Counted from the first letter of the stretch, positions 37,953-51,479 are shown. The stretch is 64,000 nucleotides of DNA from Felis catus (GCF_018350175.1 NC_058373.1:101496001-101560000), one strand, 5' to 3'. Notes: generated by a model from the letters alone, not told the origin. A program made the numbers and translations.

Positions 37953-39567
37953 TTTCATAAACTTTGACAGTGAAAAATGCAATATTTCTAATTTAAATTA
38001 TTTTATATGGCAGGTGATTTTGAATATGTATATTAAACTACATTAGTAAGCTACATATATAAGTAGACAAGTGACTAATTCATCTGTATCCCCGTAAGTT
38101 AATATCACCATTTTATTTTTTGAAAGATCTTTTTATTGGAAAAGTGAAAATTTCCTCTATATTCAGAGTCTTTTTAAGCCCCAGAAATATACATTTAGGT
38201 GTATTATAGGCCACCATCAAGGCCTGCTTTTGAAAGAGTCTCTTCTAACTCCCTGGATTGTTAGAATCCCTACAGGCCTTTGTATCTCTATTCTGGTACT
38301 TACCACAGGCCACTTTCCAAATGGATAGCCTACCTTCCTTGATTCAATGAGTTCTTTCTGCAGAAAGAAGGCTATAAGGAAAATGTACTAATATTAATAA
38401 GAAAATGTTAGATGTAGAAGCATACATTATTCTTTTTTCTAATATCCCCAATCTGTGAGTGAGATCTTCTCTCTCCCAGTTAATAGTTGTATATTCAGAA
38501 TATTATTTTTTTGGGGTTTGTGACATAATATTATGAGTTAAGAACCATTTATCATATACTCCCTTTGCAATACTCTTCCCCACCCAGCGAGTCCCCTTCC
38601 CCATATGTCTTTTCTTGGACCCATGCTTGGGGAGAAAGACAAGTTATCAACACCACATAATTATCAAGTGCCCAATCTATTAGGAAGAGATAAATCTGTA
38701 ATTAAGCAAAGCATCAACTTTCCCCTTAGGTACAGGATTCAAGAATCCTGTCATAGACTAAGTACTTCAAGCAACTGTGCCAAAAATAGAACCCACAAAC
38801 CAGATATAAATATTAGTTTTTTATGTTAAATGTTAGTATTATTAGTCCTTTAAATACGACTGCTGTTGTCCCTATAGACTTACAAGCATTATATAATTTA
38901 TTTCTTCATCAAACAAAATCCTTGGCTGTGACTTCATCAAGAATGGAAATAAACAAAGGGAGTCCTGTACAGCCTCTTCCACCTTACACTAGCTCATTTT
39001 GGGTACAATATCTCTTCCATCCTCCAAAAAGGGATTTGGAGCTCTAATTATATTAAGCACTTTTTTCCCTTCTCATTACAGATGTAGGCAACTGAGGGTT
39101 GCTTTAATGGCATTGACCGGCAGGAGGAAGCCCAGTGTTCCTCAACCCTTTCTTTTCTCTGCCAGGCCAACACACCCCATCAGGGGAAAAAGTACAACTT
39201 CACTGCCGTTTCAAGGACAAGTTGCCCTGGAACAAGTGAGCAAGCCGACTCTTGAAAAGACTCTGGAAAAGCAAACAGTGGAATATGTTGGGTGCGTCAA
39301 CCCTACGCAGGTTTTCTCACTTCCCACTGATGCTCTTCCCCGCTTTGGATTGCCAGACGTGACTCCATCATGCCTAGCCCATCCCCAGCCCTAGTTGTGT
39401 CCATTCCCTTCTCCTACTGCTCCAAAAACCTTCGTCCAGAAGACACACAAGCATCCTGCCTATCTAAACAAATATTCTAAAATCTATTCCCAACAATAAT
39501 TTTCAAGACAGTTACAGTATGGGAGTGGTGGGGGAAAAGAAGAACAGGGCTCAGAGATCATCCAGTC

Positions 39568-39670
39568 CAGGGATTGCAAATTCAAATTCCCAATGGGGTC
39601 AGGGAGGTTCTGTAAATGAGTGAAGCAAGCCATGTATGAGACAACAGGGAGTGATGAGGCAAACTGCCTA
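39568..39670. mobile_element. hAT DNA-transposon MITE fragment
   Basis: cagggattgcaaattcaaat terminus of Charlie-type elements; family not assigned. Confidence 0.5.
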
Positions 39671-40859
39671 ACAACATCTTTCTGATTCTAACCCAAGATA
39701 CCCATTTCACAGATGAAGAAGCTTAGTCCCAAAAAAGTGAAGTAATTTGTCAGGATGAAAATTCAGTTTAGCTTGTTTTCCACTAAACAGGTTGCCCTTA
39801 GGTAAGAAGGGAAGATTATAACTTTCCCCAAACCAAACCTGCAGGTCTCCTGTTTGGGGGTACATAGAATCTGTGATTTAGGGTAAAATGCCACCCTCCT
39901 AGATACGTGCCTTGCCAGTCTTACTCCACCCCATGGGCTGTGGCCAAGGCTGCATTTGTTCTCAGGAATGTGCTGTCTAGGGAAGATTCCTAGGATGTGA
40001 TCTGTGGTCAGTGAGAAAGCCCTTTTGATCCCAGCCACAAGAATGCAGCTGAGTTCAGAATCCCTCTCTCCATAAATCAGAGTCCTCCCGGGAATCACTG
40101 GGCGTGGCTCCCCACGCAGGTGCCCGACTCTTCCAGAAATCCTAAGGGGGCATTCCCTCACTTTGAAAGTCTTCTAAGGGCTGCTGGAGTCAAAATGGTA
40201 AATCCATAAGACTCTGCATTCACATACAAATTCTTCCCGACTTTCCGGGCATCTGTTTTGTTCATTCTTAAGAGCCAGGTGTGAGCGGCTGTCTGCTTTG
40301 CTTCTGTGTGCTATTTCGTGTCTAACCTTCAACTCTGAATTTGGCTCAGCTTGTGAACACTGGCCAAAGAGTTCTGTGTGTATACTGCTTTTAATTTGTC
40401 CAAGCATGCAGAAGGAAGCAGCAATTCATATAGTTTAAGAAGTCAGAATACTGCCACAGCCTCAGACGGTGGGTCCAGCGAGCTAACCAGAGACTGGCTG
40501 GTGAATTTGAAAGTCCCCGTCCAGGGGACTGCCATGTGCACACTGCCCAAGTGCCCCCGGGAGTGAGCTCTTCCCTTCACCAGCAACAAACTCCCCTCCC
40601 CCCATCCCACACAGACCAGCATGGGGTCGGCGTGTGAATACCTGCCAGGAAGACATGCCCCAGGTCTGGTTTCAGAGGCTCAGATACTCACGGCAGCGAT
40701 GCGGTTCTTCAATGATTCACACCTGAGGATGCTTAACAGTGCACATTTTAGCTCCCACATCCATGCAGATACAGCAATAGTAGCATTTACCAACTACTCA
40801 ACGGGTGTTCAGTACCCATTACTCTACCCATTTACTTTACTCACTTCACCCTTTTGGTT

Positions 40860-41070
40860 CCCAAGTGCTTTACAAAAATTATTTCATTTCAATTCCCACA
40901 ACAACCCTTTCTAGTAGAGTTCTGTAAATGAGTGGGGCAAGCCACACTTACCACCATTACAATCTCCATCATGTGACTGGGGAAACTGAGGTTTAGAATA
41001 GTGAAGCTAATTTGCCCAAGTTCACCAAACTAACAAATAGTGAAGCAAAACTTAGAATGTACTTATTCTG
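40860..41070 (-). mobile_element. MIR with a short internal insertion
   Basis: ccaagtgctttaca...cacaacaaccct...ggaaactgaggtttagaatagtgaagctaatttgcccaag. Confidence 0.75.
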
Positions 41071-42456
41071 ATTGCAGGGAACCACAAAACTAGAAATGCA
41101 CATTTCCAGAGAGAAATCTCACCCAGGAGTGTACACCTTTGAAATATGCCTGAGCAGTTGTCAAATGGAGACGCAAAGGCTCCTCCAGGACAATGGGGGC
41201 TTCCAAGTCACACGCAAAGAGGGAAGAAGGAGTGGGCACCAGTTCTGGTGGGACTCAAGGAGCCCCAAATCCATGTACACCTCATGGACGAACAAGGAGA
41301 TACAGGCAGCCTCCTTGTGCTGGTGGCAGAGGATACAGGTGTCGCAGGTGAAGGCCACATCCACCTGGCACCAACCTCAAAGAGGTAGGATCGGGTCTGG
41401 TGATCTTGGAAAAGCTACAGGTGCTTGAGGTACACCGGATGTACCTAAACACACTTGTCTGGTAGAAAAATCTGTCTACTCTCTTATGCACATAGGGTGA
41501 GTGTCTTCTAGGAGTTTCCTTGAGGCCACAGGAGGTCTGGGCACATGTCACCAGGTCAGAGCAGGCCAGGGCAGTATGAGGTGGGTCTCGGCAGTAAGGC
41601 TGCAGTCTGCCCAGACCTTTCCATCGCCTGCTTCTCTGTCTTCCTTCTCTCCCTGAGTCTCAGAAATGACTCAGAGGAGCAACTAAGGTGACTCAGAGAG
41701 AAGTCCTTTCAATTTCCTAAGAAAACATGTGCACGGCCAACAACGAGGTGCATTTCCTTGTAGCCGTGTTATTTTAAAGGCAAATATGTCTCCAGAATGG
41801 AGCCACCACGCTAGCCCTGGGCCAAATCACACTGCGGGCCATTTTTAGTGGAGAGAGTCTATTTAAAATACATCCAAGCAGGGTTTAAAATGTTGATTTA
41901 CTCTTCTTAGAAGCTGAATCACACCATGAGGATTGGTGGAATCAAATAAGAAATTCTGAGACTAGTTATTATAAGTGGGACAAACCCAGTTGCGGGGGAT
42001 GCTGGCAGACAGAGCCATGGGGCACGGCCCGTGTGACTGTTCTGCGGGCCCAGTGCTCCAGGATGCAAAGGCAGGGACTGTGCAAACCCATTTCTGTCCT
42101 CCCCACTTACCCTGACTCCCTGTTTCTGGCCACTCTGCCCCCTTTAGTACCTCTCCCAGATGGAGAGTTAAGAGGAGGTGAAGTTAAAATAGTCATCTTT
42201 GCTCTTTTAAGTGGCTAAATAAAGATGACTTTTATAATGACCAAATGTAATATAATACTTATACAATGCAATTATAGTACTTATATAATGACCAGTAGAG
42301 GTGCCATATATAATGTTCAAAACTATCTGCATAATTATTTCCTTTATAGTAACCATATACTTCTCTCTGTCTTCTCAAAATACTCCAGAAACCCAAGAAA
42401 GTTAAACAGTTCCATTTTTTCTGTTAACAGGAGGTATTAGGGCCTCCATGGGACTT

Positions 42457-42819
42457 ATCTTAGTCTGTTCAGGCTGCTATAACAGAATACCATAGTCTGG
42501 GAGGCTTATAGACAACAGAAATTTATTTCTCACAGGTCCTTAGGCTGCAAAGTCAATGATCAAAGCACTGGCAGATTCAGTGCTTGGTAAGGACTAGCTT
42601 CCTGGTTCATAGATGGCCATCTTTTAGCTGGGTCCTCACATGATGGAAGGGGCAAGAGAGTTCTTTGGGGTCTCTTATAAAGGCATTAATTCCATTCATG
42701 AGGGCTCTACCCTCAAGATCTAATCACCTCCCAAAGGCTCCACCTCCAGCTACCATCACCTTGGGGATTAGATTTCAACATATGGATTCTGAGGGGACAT
42801 AAGCATTCAGTCTATAACA
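42457..42819 (-). mobile_element. MLT1A/MLT1A0 solo LTR
   Basis: Near full-length match: tcttagtctgttcaggctgctataacagaataccata...taatcacctcccaaaggctccacctcc...cattcagtctataaca. Confidence 0.9.
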
Positions 42820-45800
42820 GGCCTTATGATAGTTTTCTTCTTACTCACTTGCCTGGGATGAGGCTCAAACAAATGGATGTGGAGGAATCAGCTCTATTGT
42901 GCTTTCTGCTCAGTCCTTGTCCTCTACCCAATCGAAAAGTGATAGTGCCCTTCCTTTAGACTTCTTCTTCCTTCTTTTCCCTTGATAGACACCCTTACCC
43001 TACTCTTGAATGCCATCTGACAAGTTAATTCATACTAGTCACAGGGTATGAGCAACTTGATGGACATCGACACCAAGGTATCATATTCTGAAAGAGACAA
43101 GGAAATTCTAACCTGAAAGGACCTCCTCCAATTGTTAACAGCCAGCACCTGTGTGAGAGGGCCTCTTGGGTACACAGATCCCCTCTTGTATGACATGTGC
43201 CTGAGGCCAGGCGGGGATCTGAGTGAGCAAGGCCGAATGGCTGGGGAGGGCGGGGGTCTGGGAACCGGAGAGCACATATCCAGCCCTTTACGGGGGTAGC
43301 AGGTGTGCAGCCGTGACCACAGACAGTTATCTCCTTGTGAAAATGCTAGCCCTGTTCTCAGAGACTCCAATGATTCAAGAAAAGGCAGAAATACAGATTT
43401 TTATGTGAAATGTCAACATTTTTACGTTAGTTCATAATTCGGCTGAAAAACAGAAAAATAAAGCATACCCAGGCAAACAACCCTTGTCAACCAGCTGGTA
43501 TGGCTCTCAGGTTGCCAACTTGCTCACTCTTTGCCCGGTCATGTGAATATTTGGGGTCTGAGCACCATATGAAAGACTGCTGGTCACAAACAGTATGAAG
43601 AGCAAAGAGATTTTCATGCCCACTTCCTACTTCAGTCAGTGGAGTTGAGGATCCCACCCCCAAGAAACAACACAGTCAAGACTTATTTGAAACACAAGCT
43701 TTTTCCTAGTGGGTTTGAGGCCCAGGATTCTGCCTACATCTATGCAATAGAGTATATCTACTTCTTCTGTACTTTTTCATCCACCTCCAGAAGCCTGCCA
43801 CCCGGCCAATGTGACATTCAAGACAATCCAACATCTGGCTCTGAGATTCTGCCTGAACTCATTGCTGTCACCCGCATGCCTCCCTCACCTTCTGTTCTGG
43901 GGACAAAGCTGAATCTGGAAAGTTGAATTCTCCAACGGCTACCATGTTCCAATATTTGAGAGGCTGGAGAGATTAAGCCTTTCAATGCTCAAGGTTATTT
44001 CCTTAATTAATAGAAATTCCTAATTACAGAAACATTTTCATACAAATGTCCCAGTATCAGCCCTGAAGTTGCAGTCTGAGAATGACCCATTTTTCTCTCC
44101 AGTAAGGAATATTTTCTTAGCACTTTGTGCTCACAGTTCCCAACATGCTAAGTAGAAACACACTGGATCTTCATATGTAGAAAACATATGTAGACATAGG
44201 TAGACATATGTAGAAAAGGTAAAGTGCATAAAGGGAAATTTTTAATTCAGTGCTTCGAATGTCTGTAGAGTTCACCCCTAAGAATTTCAAGTGACTAATG
44301 ACCTCTGAGAAGAAGCCTTCAGGGGAGCTGACAAAGGCTCAAGACAGTTTCCTAAAGTCAGTTGTCTTAACTATCCGGTCCCCTAGATCTTCTGGTTGTC
44401 CAACCATAACATTTCCAAAAGCTGTCACTTCTTTCTGTGGGACATATCAGGCTAAATTCAAGTTAAACTGAAGAAGAGGGAGGTAGAAACCCTCAAATGC
44501 CTTAGAATGTGTCCCCCAATCTTATTATGGAAAACAAGGGCTACAAAAACAGGTTTGTTTAACTTTTACATTCACTGGCTGAAAGAATAAAATGAAAGCA
44601 AGCTATTGTGTTCCTCTTCAGATTAGCCCTCTAGTCTGTCACTGTAATACTGATTAGTAAACAATGTCCATAATTAAACTGTTGTCAGAGACACAAATGC
44701 CCCACGAGCCTGAGCTAATGAGGCGGCATTCAACTCCTTTACAAAGGCCGACCAAATACAATCCCAGGAATGTTAATGCTGCCAAGTATCTGGGAGGCTC
44801 TCAACAGTGGGAAGACCACTGAGTTGAGGTAATTAAGTCTCCACAGCCCGCTAGAGAGTTCTGTCCCAATGCTATTTGTTTGTTTAGGACATGTGCTTAG
44901 GTGCAAGGAATTGGAAATCTCTGAAACCAAATTGAGCACATTGGGCATCAAAGCACCCCAAGTCCTCTGCTGAGGCCTGTGACATTAATGTGCATGACAA
45001 GGGGGCAAGGGGGCCACAGTCTCCTAATTGTTCCAGAGACCTTTTAGTCTGGGGGGGAGACTAGATGTCTTGGTATTTATGTAATTAATTGCACTGAAAT
45101 CCTCCGTGCAAGGTTCCCTTGAAGTCTGGCTGTATGTTAAATAGGGCGCAATAGATTTACTAGAGAATACTTTTCCATTCTTTTTGCTCTGGGAGATAGA
45201 TGCTTCTCCATTAAATACCATCATGCTGAATTATTTTGCCTAGAAACTGGAGAATCACATCTATTCTTCAATTCTAAAGAGTATTCCCCCTAGGAACATT
45301 TTATTTTCCTCTCTGTTTTTCTTGGATTCTCTTGAAATTTCCAATATGTGGCCCAAATCACATTGCAATAAGGAATATCACATCAGGGGAGCCTTTTTAA
45401 ATGAGGAGTCCCGCACACGACCATTTCCGCCACATGTCCACATTCATTATGTACCCTTACCAGCCGGCAGGCCCCTCTACCATGGACCCATGGCTGCCAA
45501 CATCCTTTCAGTTATTTCTGAAGCTCCAAGAGGGGATCCAGATCCTGCCCCCTGGTGCACAGCGTCTTCCATCTAGAAGGGTTTTTTCCCCAATGACAAG
45601 GATGGGAGAGGGAGGGAACTACACACCTGATGTTCTAGCAACATTTCACTGCAGCCTTGAGGATGTCATCAGGAGGTCAAGCTCCCTGGGGGGACAAGAT
45701 TATGACACTTCTCTATTCCCAGAGATCAAAGGAAAACCAATTCCTTTCACAAAACTTGGAGAAAGGCAGGAAAAATGCTCGACCTGCCACAACTTAGCTC

Positions 45801-46326
45801 TGTCCATTCATTTATTCATTTGGAAACGTTGATGCAAACCCACTGCAAGCCAGCCCCTGGGGATGAAGAGATGAGCAAACAGAAACAACTCTCTCACTCA
45901 GAGAATTGATTGCCTACTGGGGGAGACAAATATTACCCAAATCAGTACACACTTAGCCATGAAAAGTGCTCTGTGGAACAACAAGAACAAAACCAGAATG
46001 CTAAGCAGGCCACTTAAACAGGCTGGGTGTCCTTTTCCATATCTGTTAAATGCCAGGTGCTAACAGGAGTTACTCCTAGGTGGTAGAGGAGAATTTAGTG
46101 TTTTATTTGATTATAGCTCTCTGATCTTGAGCAATTGACTTAAACTCTCTGAGCCTCGGTTTCCATACCCTAAAACATGGGCAATGACAGCCTCTTCCTC
46201 ACTGGCTGGGCAGTAAGTATTAGATAAGATGAACTTCCAGAGTGGGTGCATATAACAGAGCAGATACCCTAAAGATATGTTATGTCTACAAACAAATGAA
46301 AATATGTCAAGTTACACATGTTTTCT

Positions 46327-46381
46327 TGTTTTTGTTTTTGTTTTTGTTTTTGTTTTTGTTTTTGTTTTTGTTTTTGTTTTT
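46327..46381. repeat. (GTTTTT)n hexanucleotide microsatellite
   Basis: Direct inspection. Confidence 0.97.
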
Positions 46382-48213
46382 AATGAGGGGTTTGCTCCAG
46401 GCAATCTCCACTGCCCTAGCACCTGTCAGTACAAGGATCCCATCACTACAATTTACAGCCAGTCGTCATGTACAACTGGCATTCTAGGTCTCTTGTCTAG
46501 GGCAACATTGGATTCTGCTTTGGAGAGCAGCAGACCCACCCTCTAAGTGCCCTCTGATGTTTGTCTTCACAACTCTCCTGTGATGGTTTTCTCTCCCCAC
46601 AATGCCTCTATTCCAAAGGAGATATGATGGTGTTCAGGAAATTGTTTGGGATTCAGAAGCTGGGATTGAGGAGAGTAGGGTGGTAACCTTTTCTTCTGCA
46701 CCCTGTCCCCTTAATTCGAGCTCTACCCGAGCCTGAGGTTTAATCATAACTACAAACATCACTGGTCACGAAACAACCTGGCCTTGTGGAAAACACAGCC
46801 ACAGAACTTAGCTCACTGACCTCTTATGACAATGCATTCCATAAACTTTATGGATGGCTTTTCAGCCTTTAAAATATGGTTAAGTAAATAAATAACTTAA
46901 CCAGCCCCAAATTCCTACACACCCCATTTCTTCTAAGTTTTGTGAGGGCAACCTCTGGCAAAACTCAACAAAAAGAAAGAATGACCCAGTCATACTCCTT
47001 TGCACATAAATATCAGGAACTACTCACCAAGATGCTTCCCAGACGGTGTGCTGGAAAACACATCTACCTATGGCTCCATGGGGCCCTTTGCTGGTCCTCT
47101 CTCTCCTTCTGGAAACAGTAATGTCCTGGAAGGAGGTAGTGAAGACTGCAAGGCCTCCAATTTCAAGCTAATTGGAAACTAGAAACTTTACTTAAAATTT
47201 AAATAATGGTGTAAAATACTCTATTTTCATTTGACTCCACCTCAGACATTTTGCAGCCAGCTCATAGGATGGGCCTCTTCTTTCCCAACTCTACCAAAAA
47301 AGGAGAACTGTTCCATTATTGTTAACATGATAGATTATCCTTAAATGTATTGTCTATTGCCTCACTTAGGTTTAAAGAGTCCATTTTAATATAGGCAAAG
47401 TTTTAACCAAAGCCCATATCCAAAAGTGAAAGTTTTGCCACAGTGGGAAACACAGTGGAATCTCTGCTCCACTGTGTATAAGCTGTGTACTTACCATAAG
47501 GGTGAGAAGAATATCTATCATGAGAGGGTGAGAAAGGAACAGGCCTTATTTCTACGGAGCAGAAGTTTGAGGAAGGCCTAGGAGGACGTGTCTGGGCTGA
47601 GTGCTTGCCTCTTACCCTGTGAAGAAGGATGTGTGGAATATGAAACAAGAGATAATCAGGCCTCAAAGTTCCAAGCATGCACTGGCATCAGGTGGCTTTA
47701 CTGTGAACACCACCGGGGGCCCCAAGGAGAATCTGAGGCCAAAAGGAAAAGCCATTTTCCTGCCTGATCTGAAGGATGAAGCCAGTGTCAGCACAGACCC
47801 CAGAAGCTGTGCTGAGGCCCAAGGACCAAGACATGAGTCAACGTGGGTTGCAAAGCAGGTAAAAGTGAGGACATTGCCATCTGCCCTCAAGCTTGCACAC
47901 TCTGTCAACTCCCCACATCGCAAAGCAAACCATAGAAGCACAGACGGCAGAAGCACAAAAAGGAACAAAAAAATCAGTTGTGATAATGGATCTCAATATT
48001 ACAATAGGCAAGTCTTGAGGTCTCTATCTCAAAAATATCTGGAATCTATCTGCATCTCTCACACTGTCTCTTACGACAAAACCTTCTTTTCCCTGTTCTA
48101 CCAAGACAGACTCCATCCTGCTCTCCCAGTGTGCCCCATGTTGCTGGCAGCCTCTCCACAGAGCCTCAGGGTGATCTTTCTGAGACATAAATCAGGCCAA
48201 TCTCTCTCCCATG

Positions 48214-48695
48214 CAGGCCTGGGGCCAGGGTGAGTACAGTGAGGAACTCACACTCAGCATTGGTTATGTGCAGGATTAGACCCTGTCTTTATTTAAAATT
48301 GTGATATTTAGGGGCGCCTGGATGGCTCAGTCAGTTAAGCGTCCAACTTCAGCTCAGGTCATGATCTCACGGTTTGTGAGTTCGAGCCCCACATTGGGCT
48401 CTGTGCTGACAGCTCAGACAGAGCCTGGATCCTGTTTTGGATTCTGTGTCTCCTTCTCTACCCTTCCCCCATTCACACTCTTTCTGTGTCTCTCAAAAAT
48501 GAATAAATTTTCAAAAAACTTTTTTAATTGTGATATTTAAAAATAAATTAAATGAATAAAATTGTGATATTTTGTTCATCATGGATTTTTGCATTTGTTT
48601 CCATTTTTAAATATATATATAACTTATCTCAATTATTGAATTTTTTGGCACCCCCTGGAATTTTGTGCCTTACTTTCCTGACACTGCTCCTAGGC
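48214..48695. mobile_element. MER96B-like hAT MITE (split by a SINE)
   Basis: cagggtgag..gtgagg terminus, ccctgtctttatttaaaatt(g)tgatattttgttcatcatggattttt core, ttttttggcacccc..aattttgtgcc end. Confidence 0.7.
48311..48525 (+). mobile_element. Can-SINE
   Basis: Canonical; target sequence aattgtgatattt present three times around it. Confidence 0.96.
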
Positions 48696-49871
48696 TCCAA
48701 AGTCCTCCAACTACCTCCTGTACACTTAGGAAAAAAAACTCCTATCCCCTTCTTTTTGTCCATCAGCATTACGTGACTGGACTACCATCTCCCTCTGAAC
48801 GACTCTCTCCAACCACGTTGGCCCCCATGTTTCCATGCTGCCATGCATCCCAAGTTTCCTCTGGTTTTATGACTTTGTTTTCTGTCCCCTCATTTTTCCA
48901 TGCTTTGTCCAGATGGCTGGATCCTCCTTTGGGTAATACTCAGGTATCACCCAAATATCACCATTCACAGGGGTCTCCCCTGACCGAGCAAACTGAAGAA
49001 AAACCCTTTGAAACCTCAGTCAGTCTCTTTTAAACCATCCTGATGGATGTTCGTGCCACTTATCAAGGATTGACATTATCTGGTCTGTTTATTCATTCAC
49101 CTGATTTTTTTCTATTTCCCCCTCTCCACCCACATAAGATCCATTAGAGCAAAGACTTTCTGTTTGTTCACACTTACTCCCGAGAGATAGAACATGATCT
49201 GGTGCACAGTAAGGACCCAAATATTTGTCAAATGAATGAACATACTACAAACTACCCAGTATTTAGGTTCATAATACAACTAAGTGCACAGTATTTAAAG
49301 ACTGGACATATTTAAAACCATAAATGCAATACTTTTTAACCAAGTGAATAACTCAAAAAGTGGGACAGTTTTCCATTTTTTCCTGAAAGTAGTTCTCAGT
49401 AAAGAGGGATGGTCACCACAGTACATCTGTGAAAAGAATTCGTCTCTACCATGTGATGTGTAGACACTCTCCACCTGTATATGTTGGACAAATCAAGTTC
49501 ACATCTCTCTCCATTTAGGAATTCAATTTCCTTAATTATAAAATTCAGAGAATAAATGGCAATACTGATAACCAGCATTGGAAAACAGTTCACATTCACA
49601 GGCCAATTGGTCTCCAAAGTCACTTGCAGCCCTAACATTCCAGACCACTTTAATTCATAGGTCACCCACTCCTGACTTATACAGGTAACAGGAAGGTCCT
49701 CGGTGTGATCAGAAGAACCAGCTAGCTGCTGGTGCCTTCCAATAAATCTCCAAAGAAGGAAATTCCAGAACTAAAAAGTTTTTATCATTCACAAAAATAT
49801 CCCTATCACCAGCCTCCACATGAATGACACAAATAAATATTCATTAGGTGATTAAAAAATCAGCTTCCCGT

Positions 49872-49999
49872 GGGGTGCCTAGGTAGCTCAGTTGGTTAAG
49901 TATCCACCTCTTAATTTCGGCTCAGGTCATGATCTCACAGTTCATGAGGTTGAGCCCTTGTGTCAGGTTTGCACTGACAGCACAGAGCCTGCTTGGGAT

Positions 50000-50042
<43 letters not shown>

Positions 50043-50096
50043 GTCTCTCCCCCTGCATGCTCTCTCTCTCAAAATAAATAAGTAAACATTTTTTAA
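49872..50096 (+). mobile_element. Can-SINE
   Basis: TSD aaaaatcagcttc on both sides. Confidence 0.96.
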
Positions 50097-50213
50097 AAAT
50101 CAGCTTCAGGTGAAATTTTGTGAGTTTACTATATATGTACTGGACTCAATGCTGGGAGATTTTATTTATATTATCTTATTTAATCCTTGCAACACCTCTG
50201 TGAAACAAGCAAT

Positions 50214-50530
50214 ACAGGACCACAATCCTTTATATGCAATTACAAAAGCCAAATCTCTAAAAGCTAAGTTATTTTTTAACTCTTTTGGTGACAAAAACTG
50301 GCCTGAATGAAACAATGTGAGTGTATTACAATTTTTATTAATCCATTTACTATGAATGTTTATATGTGTTGTCACAGAAATAGGACAGTATTTGATTACA
50401 GGGAACTGCTGGGATATTCCATAATACATATGTACTACGTTACTTTTATTCTGATAAAATGTAAAAATCACCTCTATGCTCCTAGACACAAGTGGCCCCA
50501 AAGTTTTTTGACAAAGTATTGGATATTAAA
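50214..50530. mobile_element. MER46C-like Tigger MITE inserted in a MIR
   Basis: caggaccacaatcctttatatgcaattacaaaagccaaa start and tggccccaaagtttt end; MIR halves on both sides. Confidence 0.7.
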
Positions 50531-50569
50531 CTCAGTTTTATAGAGGAGGATATTGAGGCAAAGATTTTA

Positions 50570-50637
50570 TTTATTATTATTTTATATATACATAATTTAT
50601 TGTTAAATTGGTTTCCATACAACACCCAGTGTTCCCA
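50570..50637 (-). mobile_element. Ultra-short felid L1 3' tail
   Basis: aatttattgttaaattggtttccatacaacacccagtg resembles the antisense felid L1 3' terminus; TSD aggca(a/t)agatttta at 50556-50569 and 50638-50651. Confidence 0.75.
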
Positions 50638-51479
50638 AGGCATAGATTTTAAAGTAACTTGCCTAAAGTCACATAACTAGATTATGATAGGGTCAGGATT
50701 TAAACACAGTTCTTTTGATCCCAATTTCATTTCCTACCCTTATGCAGCTAATTTTCTTGGAAGGAAGATAAAACATCTATATAAATTAAGTACAGCATAA
50801 TGGAGAAGGTGAACGAGTGCCGTAAGAGTGGCACAAATAAAGTTCTCTTTGAATTCAAGGAAGAGAAATTCTTTGATTGCATTGTTCCAGGAGGACTTTA
50901 TGCTACTACTTCCCCCTCCCCGCCCCAAATATCATTTCTGTCACAGCTCAAGGAGGTTTGGCCACAGGAATGCTGTTATCTCAGCAACCCCAGGCTAGCA
51001 AAAGTAATGACTGGCACCCACAGTGGAGCTGGATGCTTGAGGTTAGGTGGGTCAGGAGTGGGGGTAGCTGGAGAGATAAATAGGTGAGAAAAGCCGACCT
51101 TTATTGAAGACAGTGTGAGGCTGTTCAAATATGGCATCTAAAGATCATAGCAAGTTTGGATTCAAGCAATCTTCAGAATCCAGAAGTCCAATATGGCAGT
51201 TGAAACATCAGAGGATTTCAGAGAGCAAGTTGAGAATCAGGGAGGGCAACTGAAGATCTGTTTCCTCATGGCAGGGCCACCATTGCAATTTATTCTCACT
51301 AGTTGTAAGAATAAGCCAAGGGTAGTTAAGTGAGATGAGTTGTAGTCAAGAGAACAGAGAAGCATGGCAACATATTTTGGGTCAACATAAAAGGGTAGCT
51401 CAGAAGAGTATGAAAAGATTCTTTGGATTGAGGCCAGACACAGATATACTACATCTTTATTTGATTGAAGACAGAGAAT

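Larger units (their letters stand above)
48030..49245 (+). mobile_element. Fragmented L2 (interrupted by MER96B and a SINE)
   Basis: ctctccacagagcctcagggtgatctttctgagacataaatc and terminal gcacagtaaggacccaaatatttgtcaaatgaatgaa L2 tail. Confidence 0.65.

Noticed and set aside
44173..44216. Short (catatgtaga)-like tandem repeats
   Set aside because: Simple degenerate minisatellite; no spacers, so not CRISPR-like, and the genome is eukaryotic.
47450..47477. Hairpin acacagtgga-N8-tccactgtgt
   Set aside because: 10-bp stem is too short for a pre-miRNA and plausible by chance.
47601..48233. Longest ORF in the track (210 aa)
   Set aside because: GTG start, no recognisable domain, and the 3' part runs through L2/MER96B-derived sequence; consistent with chance.
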